Positions 7,543-16,322 of a DNA stretch of 39,179 nt are shown piece after piece. The stretch is from a virus. The notes under the pieces were generated by a model. The model ran no database searches. It saw only the letters and a list, made by a program, of their open reading frames with translations, and was not told the origin of the DNA. The stretch's first letter is position 1, and each line of letters begins with the position of its first letter. Location: IMG/VR virus record IMGVR_UViG_3300029479_000010. The stretch is one strand, 5' to 3'. A program made the translations under genes and the position numbers.

Positions 7543-7744
7543 GTGTACAGTAGAGGACATACGTGCTCTTATTGAGGTCATGGAGGATGACCTTTTTGAT
7601 GATTTGTTGAACCACGTAAGTCATGCACAGACCACTTCAGACATTGTAGATGGCATGGAAGAGAGCATATGGGCACAGGGTGATAAGCTTTCTGAAAAGC
7701 TAATCCTTTTATTATTTTCAAGTGAGAAAGGAGGGAGTACGTGA
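7532..7744 (+). CDS. Small acidic protein (70 aa), paralogue of the previous gene
   Basis: ATG 7532 with AAGGAGG SD at 7519..7525. Similar to the 7300 ORF. Confidence 0.7.
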   Translation: MKTKCTVEDIRALIEVMEDDLFDDLLNHVSHAQTTSDIVDGMEESIWAQGDKLSEKLILLLFSSEKGGST

Positions 7745-7920
7745 CATTAAAGGCAAACGACAGGGTGATAGTGACCAGACCAGATGGCACCATATTTAAG
7801 GGTGTTTTTGCGTTCAGCACTGGCAAGAATTGTCTTATTTATGTACGTGAAGGTACATTTAAAGGCTTAGTAACCGTCTGTGAAAGCAGGGTAATAAAGG
7901 AGGCGGAGGAAGAAGAATGA
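7741..7920 (+). CDS. Small hypothetical protein (59 aa, GTG start)
   Basis: GTG 7741 preceded by AAGGAGGG. The stop overlaps the next ATG. Below the ORF-track length cut-off. Confidence 0.45.
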   Translation: MTLKANDRVIVTRPDGTIFKGVFAFSTGKNCLIYVREGTFKGLVTVCESRVIKEAEEEE

Positions 7921-8153
7921 GGAAGGTGGACGCTTATAATCCTGATTACTATGCCAGCATGCCCGTGCAGCCTATTATGGTTATGCAGGCTTGTCTGACA
8001 AAAGATGAATTTATTGGCTATTTACGCGGGTGTCTTATCAAGTACCAGATGCGCAGGGGGCGTAAAGAAGATGTTGAAGACACCGATAAGAAGATTTTGA
8101 GATACAAAAAGTGGCTTAATGAAATGTCAAAAAGTGGGAGTGTGACAATATGA
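7917..8153 (+). CDS. DUF3310-like phage protein (78 aa)
   Basis: The NPDYY ... KY..R.GRK pattern is typical of DUF3310 proteins, which are common in T7-like class II regions. Recalled from memory. Confidence 0.6.
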   Translation: MRKVDAYNPDYYASMPVQPIMVMQACLTKDEFIGYLRGCLIKYQMRRGRKEDVEDTDKKILRYKKWLNEMSKSGSVTI

Positions 8154-8365
8154 ACCTAAAAGAACTTCTTGACCGTGTGATTGATTTAGGGGGTTATATT
8201 AACCCAGAAGACCCTGTGTACTTTATTAATGAAAAGGGGAAGAACGTGCAGATACTAAGTTCTTTTAGTCTTTCAAATGGAGAGGGATTAGTTAGGAATG
8301 GCATATATTTTGTAGTAAAGGAAGTAGAGGATGTTACCAACACTAAAAATAAAGAAACTGTATGA
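8150..8365 (+). CDS. Hypothetical protein (71 aa)
   Basis: ORF with ATGA overlap to the upstream gene. Confidence 0.6.
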   Translation: MNLKELLDRVIDLGGYINPEDPVYFINEKGKNVQILSSFSLSNGEGLVRNGIYFVVKEVEDVTNTKNKETV

Positions 8366-8747
8366 GGGGGCTGTCATTCCCGAACATAAAAATAAACAGA
8401 CAGGATGGTTGCCACTGACTATTGATGAAGATGTAGTTATCTTTAGCCAGGACATATGCGAAGTTCATACAGGTATTGCTGTCCAGATACCAGCTGGATA
8501 CCATGGTGAAATTCACACTACGTCTTATTTGGGGCAGCATAGTATTAACCTGGCTAATAGTACAAAAATAATTGATGAAACATACATGGGTGAGGTGTGC
8601 CTACTGCTAAGGAATAGCGGGGCAGACGCCTGTCACCTGAAAAAGGGGCAAGTAATTGCTAAATTAGGTCTCATAAAAGACCCTGTTTTTAATATGACCG
8701 TTGTAGATACATTTAACAATGAAGAAGTTATGGAGGATGAAGATTAA
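8331..8747 (+). CDS. dut: dUTP diphosphatase (trimeric dUTPase family)
   Basis: 138 aa. Motifs HTGIAVQIPAGYHGEI and IIDETYMGEV fit dUTPase motifs II-IV. Confidence 0.75.
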   Translation: MLPTLKIKKLYEGAVIPEHKNKQTGWLPLTIDEDVVIFSQDICEVHTGIAVQIPAGYHGEIHTTSYLGQHSINLANSTKIIDETYMGEVCLLLRNSGADACHLKKGQVIAKLGLIKDPVFNMTVVDTFNNEEVMEDED

Positions 8748-8751
8748 CATT

Positions 8752-9363
8752 ATGGCAAAGACAGAATATACAAAAATTGTTACCAAAGCTGGAGAAGCTT
8801 TTTATGCACATTTAAGAGAACCTGAAACATATGAAGGCAAGGAATTGGGTTATAGCATCCAGCTGAAGCTGAATAAAGAAGATACCGATGAATTGATGGA
8901 CCAGATTGAAGCGGAACTGGAAAAAGCAAAATCAGAAATGAAGCTGAAGCCAGGCCGTAAGTGGTCTAAAGAACCCTTCATGGGCTTTAAAACAGACAAA
9001 GATGGCGATATTGTCTTTAAATTTAAGGTACCGTCTACAATTAAGACCCGTTCAGGAGAAGAACTGCCAAGAACTATTGGTGTCTTTGATGCTGCAGGAA
9101 ATCCGATTAAGGGAGACAATATTGGGAATGGTTCTACTGTAAAGGTTGCAGCAACATTGATACCGTTCCATGTTTCTAATGCAGTTAATGGTGTTTCTTT
9201 GCGGCTGAATGCTGTACAGGTGCTTAACCTTATTGAATATGGCCAGGGGGGTTCTGCTAAGTCCTATGGCTTTGGTGAAGAAGATGGTTATGTATGTGAG
9301 GAAAACACTGTGTCTGCGGACGAGAATGAAGATAACGTAGAATTGGTTGAAGGGGATTTTTAA
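8752..9363 (+). CDS. Single-stranded DNA-binding protein (T7 gp2.5 homologue)
   Basis: MAKTEY... N-terminus and acidic C-terminus ending ..EGDF (T7 gp2.5 ends ..DGDF). ATG 8752 lies in frame with the 8719 ORF. Confidence 0.8.
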   Translation: MAKTEYTKIVTKAGEAFYAHLREPETYEGKELGYSIQLKLNKEDTDELMDQIEAELEKAKSEMKLKPGRKWSKEPFMGFKTDKDGDIVFKFKVPSTIKTRSGEELPRTIGVFDAAGNPIKGDNIGNGSTVKVAATLIPFHVSNAVNGVSLRLNAVQVLNLIEYGQGGSAKSYGFGEEDGYVCEENTVSADENEDNVELVEGDF

Positions 9364-9366
9364 AAG

Positions 9367-9816
9367 GTGAGACGTTTTTCACGAAGAGGTGGATGGTCTA
9401 ATCATATCAACAGAGGATATAGGTCAGGGTTAGAAGATAACGTGGCCTTGCAGTTACAAGATGCTAAAATCAAAGTAGAGTATGAAAAATATACGATAGA
9501 TTATAGCATTCCAGAGCAAGTACACCATTATACACCTGACTTTGTGCTACCTAATGGTGTCATAGTGGAAACTAAAGGCATCTTTGATGTAGAAGACCGC
9601 AAGAAGCACATTTTAATCAAGCAGCAGCATCCTAATTTAGATATTCGGTTTGTCTTTTCATCAGCTGGAACAAAAATATACAAGGGCAGCCCCACGTCTT
9701 ATGCTGACTGGTGTAAGAAACATGGGTTCAAATATGCCACAAAATGGGTTCCAGAAGAGTGGTGGAAAGAAGATAAAAAAGATACAGGAGGCCTCATCAT
9801 GAAAAATAAAAAGTAA
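9367..9816 (+). CDS. Endonuclease I, Holliday-junction resolvase (T7 gp3 homologue)
   Basis: 149 aa, same as T7 gp3. Strong similarity, e.g. YTPDFVLPNGVIVETKG and IRFVFSSAGTKIYKGSPTSY. GTG start. Confidence 0.9.
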   Translation: MRRFSRRGGWSNHINRGYRSGLEDNVALQLQDAKIKVEYEKYTIDYSIPEQVHHYTPDFVLPNGVIVETKGIFDVEDRKKHILIKQQHPNLDIRFVFSSAGTKIYKGSPTSYADWCKKHGFKYATKWVPEEWWKEDKKDTGGLIMKNKK

Positions 9817-9821
9817 ATAAA

Positions 9822-10202
9822 ATGGGTAAATACGTAAAATATTTAAAACGAGAACAGACAGACTGTCTGATAATTGATAAAAGGGATGTAGAAGATAAGC
9901 CCTTACAAGAGATGTACTGTGAAATGAAAAGAAATGCACGGTTTGACACGGGCTACCACTTCATTATTCACAGGAATGGCAGTGTAGAAGAAGACCATGC
10001 TGCTGATGAGGTGGCGGGTATTCAGTTTAAGAAAAAAGCGACTGGCATTGCACTCTTAATTCCAACGGTTAGGGGGAAGATGACAGCTGCTCAAACAAAA
10101 GCCTTTAAGGCAATAGTAGCAAAATTAAAAGAGACCTATCAGGGGGTGACACAATCTTATCCCACATTTACTGATGGGTCTCTTTTAGCTATGGAGGGGT
10201 GA
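9822..10202 (+). CDS. gp3.5-like protein (N-acetylmuramoyl-L-alanine amidase/RNAP-inhibitor family) lacking the zinc-ligand residues. Probably non-catalytic.
   Basis: 126 aa. DTGYHFIIHRNGSVEE aligns with T7 lysozyme DVGYHFIIKRDGTVE. T7 His17 (FVHCSAT) is replaced (LIIDKRD), and the C-terminal AHHEVAPKACPSF zinc site is replaced by TQSYPTF. Confidence 0.65.
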   Translation: MGKYVKYLKREQTDCLIIDKRDVEDKPLQEMYCEMKRNARFDTGYHFIIHRNGSVEEDHAADEVAGIQFKKKATGIALLIPTVRGKMTAAQTKAFKAIVAKLKETYQGVTQSYPTFTDGSLLAMEG

Positions 10203-11821
10203 GAAAAATCGGTGAAATCATTAAAGCACATCTTCCTTGTCCCGATTGTGGGAGTCATGATGCTTTAGCCCTTTATGATGATGGGCACACTTATTGTTAT
10301 TCGTGTCATGCAACACACCATGAAACACAACCTAAAGAAAAGGGTGCTATGTATGACATAGAAGACTGGCCAATTGTTCCATTAAAAAAGCGGGGAATTA
10401 CCGAAAAGACATGCAGGTTATATTCGTATAAAGCAGGATTGCATAATGGACAACCCGTTCAGATAGCTTGTTATTTTAATGATAATGGTGTCTGTGTAGG
10501 GCAGAAGGTAAGGTATCCAGATAAGAAATTTACTACGCTGGGGAAGATAAGTAATCGTTTCTTTGGACAGCATTTATGGCCAGGAGGCGGGGGAAAAAAG
10601 CTGGTAGTGACAGAAGGTGAGATTGATTGCCTTACTGTGTCACAGCTGAATGGCAATAAGTATCCCGTTGTATCTATTCCTAATGGCGTCTCCTCTGCTA
10701 AGCGTGTCTTTAAAGAGAACATGGATTGGCTTAATTCCTTTGAACAGGTTATTGTCATGTTTGATATGGATGAACCAGGGCGAAAGGCCGTAAAGGATGT
10801 TGAGGGGCTCTTACAGCCTAATAAACTTTATGTAGCCACACTGCCCCTTAAAGATCCTAATGAGTGCCTTCTGGCTGGCAGAGGACAAGAAGTTATCAAA
10901 GCTATCTGGAATGCCAAAAAGTACACCCCAGACGGCATTGTGAATGGTGCCGACCTGTGGGAAGAAGTAAGTAAGCAGGAAGACACAGAACAGGGCTTTA
11001 TGTTTCCTTGGGACATCCCGCTGAATAAGATGACCTGTGGCTTGAGAAAAGGCGAATTAACTGTCTTAACAGCGGGAACAGGTGTAGGCAAAACAACGTT
11101 CGTGAGACAAGTTGCTTACGATTTGGGTGTCACAAAGGACCTTAAGGTAGGCTTATTGATGCTTGAAGAGAACGTGAAGCGCACCGCCCGTGGCTTGATG
11201 TCTATTGCAGCATCTAAGCGGTTATATATGAATAGGCAGGGTGTCTCTGAAGAAGAGTACAAGCAGGCCTTTGATAAGACATTGGGGACTGGACACTTTA
11301 TTCTATACGAGCATTTTGGGTCTTTAGATGGTGATAACCTGTTAAGCAAGATACGCTATATGGCTGTGGGAGAGCAGTGTGATTTTATTATTCTTGACCA
11401 CATCTCTATTGCTGTGTCTGGTTTGGAAGGCGACAATGAGCGAAAGCTTATTGACATCTTGATGACACAGTTACGTTCTTTAGCCGAAGAGACGGGAGTA
11501 GGTCTGATTGTAATTTCGCACCTGAAGCGTATTGAGGGTATGTCACATGAAGAGGGGGCGGCTACTTCTCTTTCACAGTTGCGGGGGTCTGGAGCTATTG
11601 CACAGCTGTCCGATACAGTCATTGGCTTAGAGAGAAATCAGCAGGCAGACGGGAAACAAAGAAATAGGGTTCGTATTCGTGTCTTAAAAAACCGCTGGAC
11701 AGGAGAGACAGGTATTGCGGGTTATCTCTTTTATAACAAGACTACAGACCACCTGGAAGAAACCAAACCCCTATCAGTAGAAGAAAGAGAGGAGGCAGAA
11801 GAGGATGATAGTCCTTTTTGA
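10199..11821 (+). CDS. DNA primase/helicase (T7 gp4 homologue)
   Basis: 540 aa. Zinc ribbon CPDCGS...CYSCH, TOPRIM region, Walker A GTGVGKTT, and a C-terminal acidic tail ending F. GTG start. An internal Met at 10349 (MYDIEDWP) may give a 4B-like helicase-only form. Confidence 0.92.
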   Translation: MRKIGEIIKAHLPCPDCGSHDALALYDDGHTYCYSCHATHHETQPKEKGAMYDIEDWPIVPLKKRGITEKTCRLYSYKAGLHNGQPVQIACYFNDNGVCVGQKVRYPDKKFTTLGKISNRFFGQHLWPGGGGKKLVVTEGEIDCLTVSQLNGNKYPVVSIPNGVSSAKRVFKENMDWLNSFEQVIVMFDMDEPGRKAVKDVEGLLQPNKLYVATLPLKDPNECLLAGRGQEVIKAIWNAKKYTPDGIVNGADLWEEVSKQEDTEQGFMFPWDIPLNKMTCGLRKGELTVLTAGTGVGKTTFVRQVAYDLGVTKDLKVGLLMLEENVKRTARGLMSIAASKRLYMNRQGVSEEEYKQAFDKTLGTGHFILYEHFGSLDGDNLLSKIRYMAVGEQCDFIILDHISIAVSGLEGDNERKLIDILMTQLRSLAEETGVGLIVISHLKRIEGMSHEEGAATSLSQLRGSGAIAQLSDTVIGLERNQQADGKQRNRVRIRVLKNRWTGETGIAGYLFYNKTTDHLEETKPLSVEEREEAEEDDSPF

Positions 11822-11827
11822 TTGACA

Positions 11828-13699
11828 ATGCTTTTATTTGATATTGAGAGCAACGGGCTTTTAGAGGATATGACAGTTATCCATTGTCTATGCATCTCTG
11901 ATGGGCATAAAAATATTATTCGTTATGGCCCAGACACCGTGGAAAGGGGCATTAAAAGGTTGCACAATGCCATTCGGGCTGGGGAGGGGGTATGTGGACA
12001 CAACATCATAAATTTTGATATTCCCGCTATTCAGAAGCTTTACCCCTGGTTCTCTATTGATAGGGCCCAGCGAAAGAATATTGTAGACACCTTGGTAATG
12101 GCACGTTTGATATATTCCAATATTGGTGAGTCTGATTATGGTCGATATCGGGCGGGTAAATTACCAGGAACATTGATTGGGTCTCATAAGCTGGCAGCAT
12201 GGGGTTATCGTTTAGGTGTCCTAAAAGGTACCTATGCGGAAGACACAGAGGATGCTTGGGCTGTCTTTAATGAAGAAATGCTGGACTACAACGAACAGGA
12301 TGTTGTTGTCACAGAATGTCTTTATGATAAGCTGTTGGAACAGAAGTATTCACAGACAGCTATAGAGCTTGAGCATAAGATAGCGTGGCTTATGGCACAA
12401 CAGGAACGCAATGGTTTTCCATTTAATGTACAAGAGGCTATAAAACTGGAAGGTGTCTTACGTGCCAGAGCAGCAGCACTGGATGAGGAAATACGAAAGA
12501 TGGTACCACCTATTCCTGATAAGGTCTTTATTCCTAAAAGGGATAATAAGACCCTGGGGTATGTGAAGGGTGTCCCTATTCAGCGTTATAAAGAGTTTAA
12601 TCCAAACAGCAGACAGCAAATTGAATATATAATCTGCAAACGTTATGGATATTTACCAGACAATGTGGAACTCTATGCGGAAGATGGGCGCCTTAAGATG
12701 GATGAGCAGACCTTTAAGTACCTAAAAGGTGACAAAAAAGCTCCTAAAGAAGTACAGGTGCTTGCCCCTTTATTAGAAGAACAGCTGATGATTTCAAAGC
12801 GTTTAGGGCAGCTGGCAGACGGCAGTCAGGCATGGTTGTCTCATGTGAAAGCTGATGGGCGCATTCATGGGCGTGTTAATCCTAATGGGGCAGTAACAGG
12901 AAGAGCGACACATTCGTCCCCCAATGTTGCCCAGGTGCCACATAATGGTGCTCCTTATGGCAAAGAATGTAGGGCGTTGTTTGGCGTACCAAAGGGGTGG
13001 ATACAGGCGGGGATAGACGCATGTGGTTTAGAGCTACGGTGTCTTTCCCACTTTTTATACCCCTATGATGGGGGTAAGTATGCTTATGAAGTTGTCCATG
13101 GGGATATTCATACGGCGAACCAGAAAGCAGCAGGTCTTGAAAAGAGAGATACGGCGAAAACATTTATTTATGCCTATTTGTATGGGGCTGGGGACGCTAA
13201 GATTGGTAAGATTGTTGGTGGTGACGCTACAGAAGGTAAGCGTCTGAAAAAGAAGTTTTTGGCAGCTACGCCCGCCATTAAGAACCTTAGAAAAGCTATT
13301 GAGGGTGTCTTAGTTAAAGAGACCTATCACGGCAAGATTACCAGATGGAAGCGTCATTATCTAAAAGGCTTAGATGGCCGACTATTGCATGTACGGTCTA
13401 TTCATTCTGCTTTAAATCTTCTGCTCCAAAGTGCGGGGGCACTGGTCTGTAAGTATTGGATAGTACGGACAGAAGAGCGACTGCTGGACAGGGGGCTGAA
13501 GCATGGTTGGGAAGGTGATTTTGCACTGATGGCTTGGATACATGATGAGCAGCAGGTGGCCTGCCGAACCAGACAAATAGCAGAGATAGTAGTACAAGAA
13601 GCACAGCTTGCGATGAGAGATACGCAGGCGTTTTTTAATTTTAGATGTCAGCTGGATACAGAGGGCATTATAGGTCATAACTGGGAGGAGTGTCATTAA
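11828..13699 (+). CDS. DNA polymerase (T7 gp5 homologue) lacking the thioredoxin-binding loop
   Basis: MLLFDIESNGLL matches the T7 N-terminus. Conserved Pol I motifs are present (RLLHVRSIHSALNLLLQSAGA, HDEQQV). It is ~80 aa shorter than T7 gp5 in the thumb-insert region. Confidence 0.92.
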   Translation: MLLFDIESNGLLEDMTVIHCLCISDGHKNIIRYGPDTVERGIKRLHNAIRAGEGVCGHNIINFDIPAIQKLYPWFSIDRAQRKNIVDTLVMARLIYSNIGESDYGRYRAGKLPGTLIGSHKLAAWGYRLGVLKGTYAEDTEDAWAVFNEEMLDYNEQDVVVTECLYDKLLEQKYSQTAIELEHKIAWLMAQQERNGFPFNVQEAIKLEGVLRARAAALDEEIRKMVPPIPDKVFIPKRDNKTLGYVKGVPIQRYKEFNPNSRQQIEYIICKRYGYLPDNVELYAEDGRLKMDEQTFKYLKGDKKAPKEVQVLAPLLEEQLMISKRLGQLADGSQAWLSHVKADGRIHGRVNPNGAVTGRATHSSPNVAQVPHNGAPYGKECRALFGVPKGWIQAGIDACGLELRCLSHFLYPYDGGKYAYEVVHGDIHTANQKAAGLEKRDTAKTFIYAYLYGAGDAKIGKIVGGDATEGKRLKKKFLAATPAIKNLRKAIEGVLVKETYHGKITRWKRHYLKGLDGRLLHVRSIHSALNLLLQSAGALVCKYWIVRTEERLLDRGLKHGWEGDFALMAWIHDEQQVACRTRQIAEIVVQEAQLAMRDTQAFFNFRCQLDTEGIIGHNWEECH

Positions 13700-13700
13700 G

Positions 13701-14177
13701 ATGAAAGGTGAAGATATTAAAGTAGGGCAAAGAGTATGCTGTAAGGGGGGTCCTGCATTTTTAGAAGGTTGGGTGGGAACCTGTACTTACATAGCATCAG
13801 TGAACCAGGTTGCAATTGAGTTTGATAAGGGGCATATGTCTTTACATACGTGTAGCAACCGTTGTAAAGAAGGCCATGGATGGTGGTGTAATCCAGTAGT
13901 GTTGCACCCTGTAGAAGAAGAGGTAGTTGATAACAGCATCCCGTGTGCACCAGCACCTGTAGATGTGACAGCACCCGATAGGGAAATGGCTAAGGACCAG
14001 GTAGATGTGCACGTAGCAAGACTGGAGGATGTTGTAGAAACATTTTTCACAATAGGTGTTTCAAGACAGGACATGCTTGAGTTATTTAATGATATAAGCA
14101 AGAAGCATTTTTCAGAAAAACAGCTTCGGGATAGAATTGCAAAAATAAAAGACAAGGTAAGAAAATGTCAGAACTAA
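13701..14177 (+). CDS. Hypothetical Cys/His-rich protein (158 aa) at the gene 5.3/5.5 position
   Basis: ORF with GGGAGGAG SD at 13684..13691. Confidence 0.7.
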   Translation: MKGEDIKVGQRVCCKGGPAFLEGWVGTCTYIASVNQVAIEFDKGHMSLHTCSNRCKEGHGWWCNPVVLHPVEEEVVDNSIPCAPAPVDVTAPDREMAKDQVDVHVARLEDVVETFFTIGVSRQDMLELFNDISKKHFSEKQLRDRIAKIKDKVRKCQN

Positions 14178-14386
14178 TACAGTTTTTAAAAGAGGTTCAT
14201 ATGCGTTCTCCAGCGTTGCAGAGTGATTTTGCCAGGGAGAATGCCTTTTTTATTGCCGAGGCAGCATCACGGGGGCTAATCTCTTCTGTCATTGAAAACA
14301 CAGCCTGTAACTATTGGACAGTAACAGAAAAGGGGCTATCCCTGATGTCTTATGGCGGAGGGGGTGGCTCTTTACGCTTACACTAA
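14165..14386 (+). CDS. gp5.7-like protein
   Basis: QSDFARENAFFIAEAASRGLIS aligns with T7 gp5.7 QSNYVRNNASLVAEAASRGHIS. Confidence 0.75.
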   Translation: MSELIQFLKEVHMRSPALQSDFARENAFFIAEAASRGLISSVIENTACNYWTVTEKGLSLMSYGGGGGSLRLH

Positions 14387-15129
14387 TTTTTGATGCGGAT
14401 ATGCTTGTCTTTGAAAGCGCCTCCAGCGTAGAGACACCTGTCAACTGGGATGGAGACCTATGGACACTTCATGCTAATGCATCGGACGCAGAAGCCCAAT
14501 TTGAGGACAGGGTGTCCCTTATTGTGGACAAAGTGTTAAACCATATGGACTATGAGGGTGAATATGGTCTGATTATGTGTTTTTCAGATCCAACGGAGAA
14601 TTTCCGAAAAGAAGTTTTAAGTACCTACAAGGGCAACCGTGCAGGAAAGTTAAAGCCTGTTTGCTATGGGGCAGTACGTCAGTGGGTGGAAGACAGATAT
14701 GACTGTGTCTCTTATCCAACCCTGGAAGCGGATGATTGTGTGGGGCTCCTTGCTGATAAGCATAAGGGGCATGAAGTACACATTTCGGGCGATAAAGATT
14801 TCAAGACAATCCCTGGTGTCTTTTTTGATTTTCTACATGATGAGTGGTTTGAGATTTCAGAAGAACAGGCTTATAAAAATTTCTTAGCACAGGTCATGAT
14901 AGGAGATGCTGCCGATAACTATAAGGGTTGCCCTGGTATAGGACCAAAGACAGCAGATAAAGTCTTAGAAAAATATGGGGTAGGCTGGAAGACAGTTGTT
15001 GACCAATTTAAAAAGGCAGGGTTGTCTGAAGGAGAAGCACTCCAGCAAGCACGGGTGGCGCATATTCTAAACAAAGAGGAGGAGTATGACGTATGCAAGT
15101 ACAAGGTTACGTTGTGGAACCCGAACTAA
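14314..15129 (+). CDS. 5'-3' exonuclease (T7 gp6 homologue)
   Basis: LIFDADMLVFE matches T7 VMDGDWLVFQ. Contains the ISGDKDFKTIPG motif. TTG start at 14314 with a 73-nt overlap of the gp5.7-like gene. The start is uncertain. Confidence 0.85.
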   Translation: MDSNRKGAIPDVLWRRGWLFTLTLIFDADMLVFESASSVETPVNWDGDLWTLHANASDAEAQFEDRVSLIVDKVLNHMDYEGEYGLIMCFSDPTENFRKEVLSTYKGNRAGKLKPVCYGAVRQWVEDRYDCVSYPTLEADDCVGLLADKHKGHEVHISGDKDFKTIPGVFFDFLHDEWFEISEEQAYKNFLAQVMIGDAADNYKGCPGIGPKTADKVLEKYGVGWKTVVDQFKKAGLSEGEALQQARVAHILNKEEEYDVCKYKVTLWNPN

Positions 15130-15593
15130 CAGTCTACATGGTGAAGCCAAAAGATACTACATATATTTATCAGGCACTTCATGCTTTTACAGAATGTGCA
15201 ATGAAAAATAAATACTGTGCACAATTTTATGCTGAAAAGAGTGCTGAAGAGGCTATGAAGGTTATGGCAGTAATGCGGTGTCTGGCAGCATTCCTATATA
15301 AGGGAGACGTTGTGGGGTATGTGGGGTATACCATTGAGAACCCATGGTGGATGAGTCAAGAAGTTTTTAGAGAGCTTTTTGTACTTTGTGTCAGCCCAAG
15401 TTTTCACGGCTTTGGGCGTGTAGCTGCAAAGTGGATGGAAGAGACAGCAAAGTTAAATCATATACCACTGTTAGAGACAGCAGCTGCCCTCCCTGAAGAC
15501 CCCCAGCTGGCAAAGAACCTGTATATGAAGAAGCAGGGGTTTACTTTAGAATACCCCTCCTTTGTGAAGATTTTGAAAGAGGGTAAAAGATGA
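15093..15593 (+). CDS. GNAT-family N-acetyltransferase
   Basis: 166 aa. VSPSFHGFGRVAAKWMEETAK (acetyl-CoA-binding motif A-like) and C-terminal LYMKKQGFTLE. Strong GAGGAGGAG SD before ATG 15093. Absent from T7. Confidence 0.6.
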   Translation: MQVQGYVVEPELTVYMVKPKDTTYIYQALHAFTECAMKNKYCAQFYAEKSAEEAMKVMAVMRCLAAFLYKGDVVGYVGYTIENPWWMSQEVFRELFVLCVSPSFHGFGRVAAKWMEETAKLNHIPLLETAAALPEDPQLAKNLYMKKQGFTLEYPSFVKILKEGKR

Positions 15594-15796
15594 CAATTAA
15601 TGAGGAATTGAAAACCCCCTATGTATCTCCACAGCTGATAGAGTATCTGGATGGTGTCTTTAATACCGAAGGTTTATTGTCTGGATTTCCTCTTACTATG
15701 GATGCCGAACGGCAGATAGGATACTTGCAGGGCGTTGTGGCTGTAAAAGAGCATTTACGGTCTGTAGCTTTTGAAAAAGAAGAAGAGGAGGACTAA
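15590..15796 (+). CDS. Hypothetical protein (68 aa) at the gene 6.5 position
   Basis: ORF coupled by ATGA overlap. Confidence 0.6.
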   Translation: MTINEELKTPYVSPQLIEYLDGVFNTEGLLSGFPLTMDAERQIGYLQGVVAVKEHLRSVAFEKEEEED

Positions 15797-16008
15797 TGTG
15801 CTTATGGTCTAAAGTAAGTATGCCAAAGATTAATACGGCAGGAAGAGACATTCTCCCGTATACACAGGCAAAAGACCCCGACTCCCCTATCTTTGGTGGT
15901 AGTCAGGATTATAAGAAGAAAATACGGGGAGCACAGGAATTAAAGATTGATAGAGATGAAGACGATGATGACACCCGTGGAAATTATGGTACGGGCTGGG
16001 TTTTATAA
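15796..16008 (+). CDS. gp6.7-like virion protein
   Basis: MCLWSKVSMPKINT resembles T7 gp6.7 MCFSPKIKTPKMDT. GAGGAGG SD. Confidence 0.7.
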   Translation: MCLWSKVSMPKINTAGRDILPYTQAKDPDSPIFGGSQDYKKKIRGAQELKIDRDEDDDDTRGNYGTGWVL

Positions 16009-16025
16009 AGCAGAAAGGAGACTTA

Positions 16026-16322
16026 ATGGGTAGCGTAGGTAAAGCAATTGGAAAATTAGTAAAGCACGCTGTACGGGGTGTAGGTAAGGTTGTTGGTGGC
16101 GTTACTGGTGGTCTGTTTGGTAGACAGAAACAGCCAGATATTAATGTAGAACAGCCAGCACAGGCAGCCGCACCCGCAGCACAGGAAAGTGGTCAGACAG
16201 ATGTCAACATTGACACAGCGGCCGATAAAAAGAAAAGAAAAGCAAAGGGCAAGAAAGGTCTGATGATCAATGCAGGCGCCAATGCTTCTGGTGGTACTAC
16301 AGGGACAGGACTGAATATCTAA
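16026..16322 (+). CDS. gp7.3-like tail/adsorption protein
   Basis: 98 aa. Lys/Gly-rich N-terminus, KKKRKAKGKK stretch, and ends GLNI (T7 gp7.3 ends GGGINI). Confidence 0.75.
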   Translation: MGSVGKAIGKLVKHAVRGVGKVVGGVTGGLFGRQKQPDINVEQPAQAAAPAAQESGQTDVNIDTAADKKKRKAKGKKGLMINAGANASGGTTGTGLNI

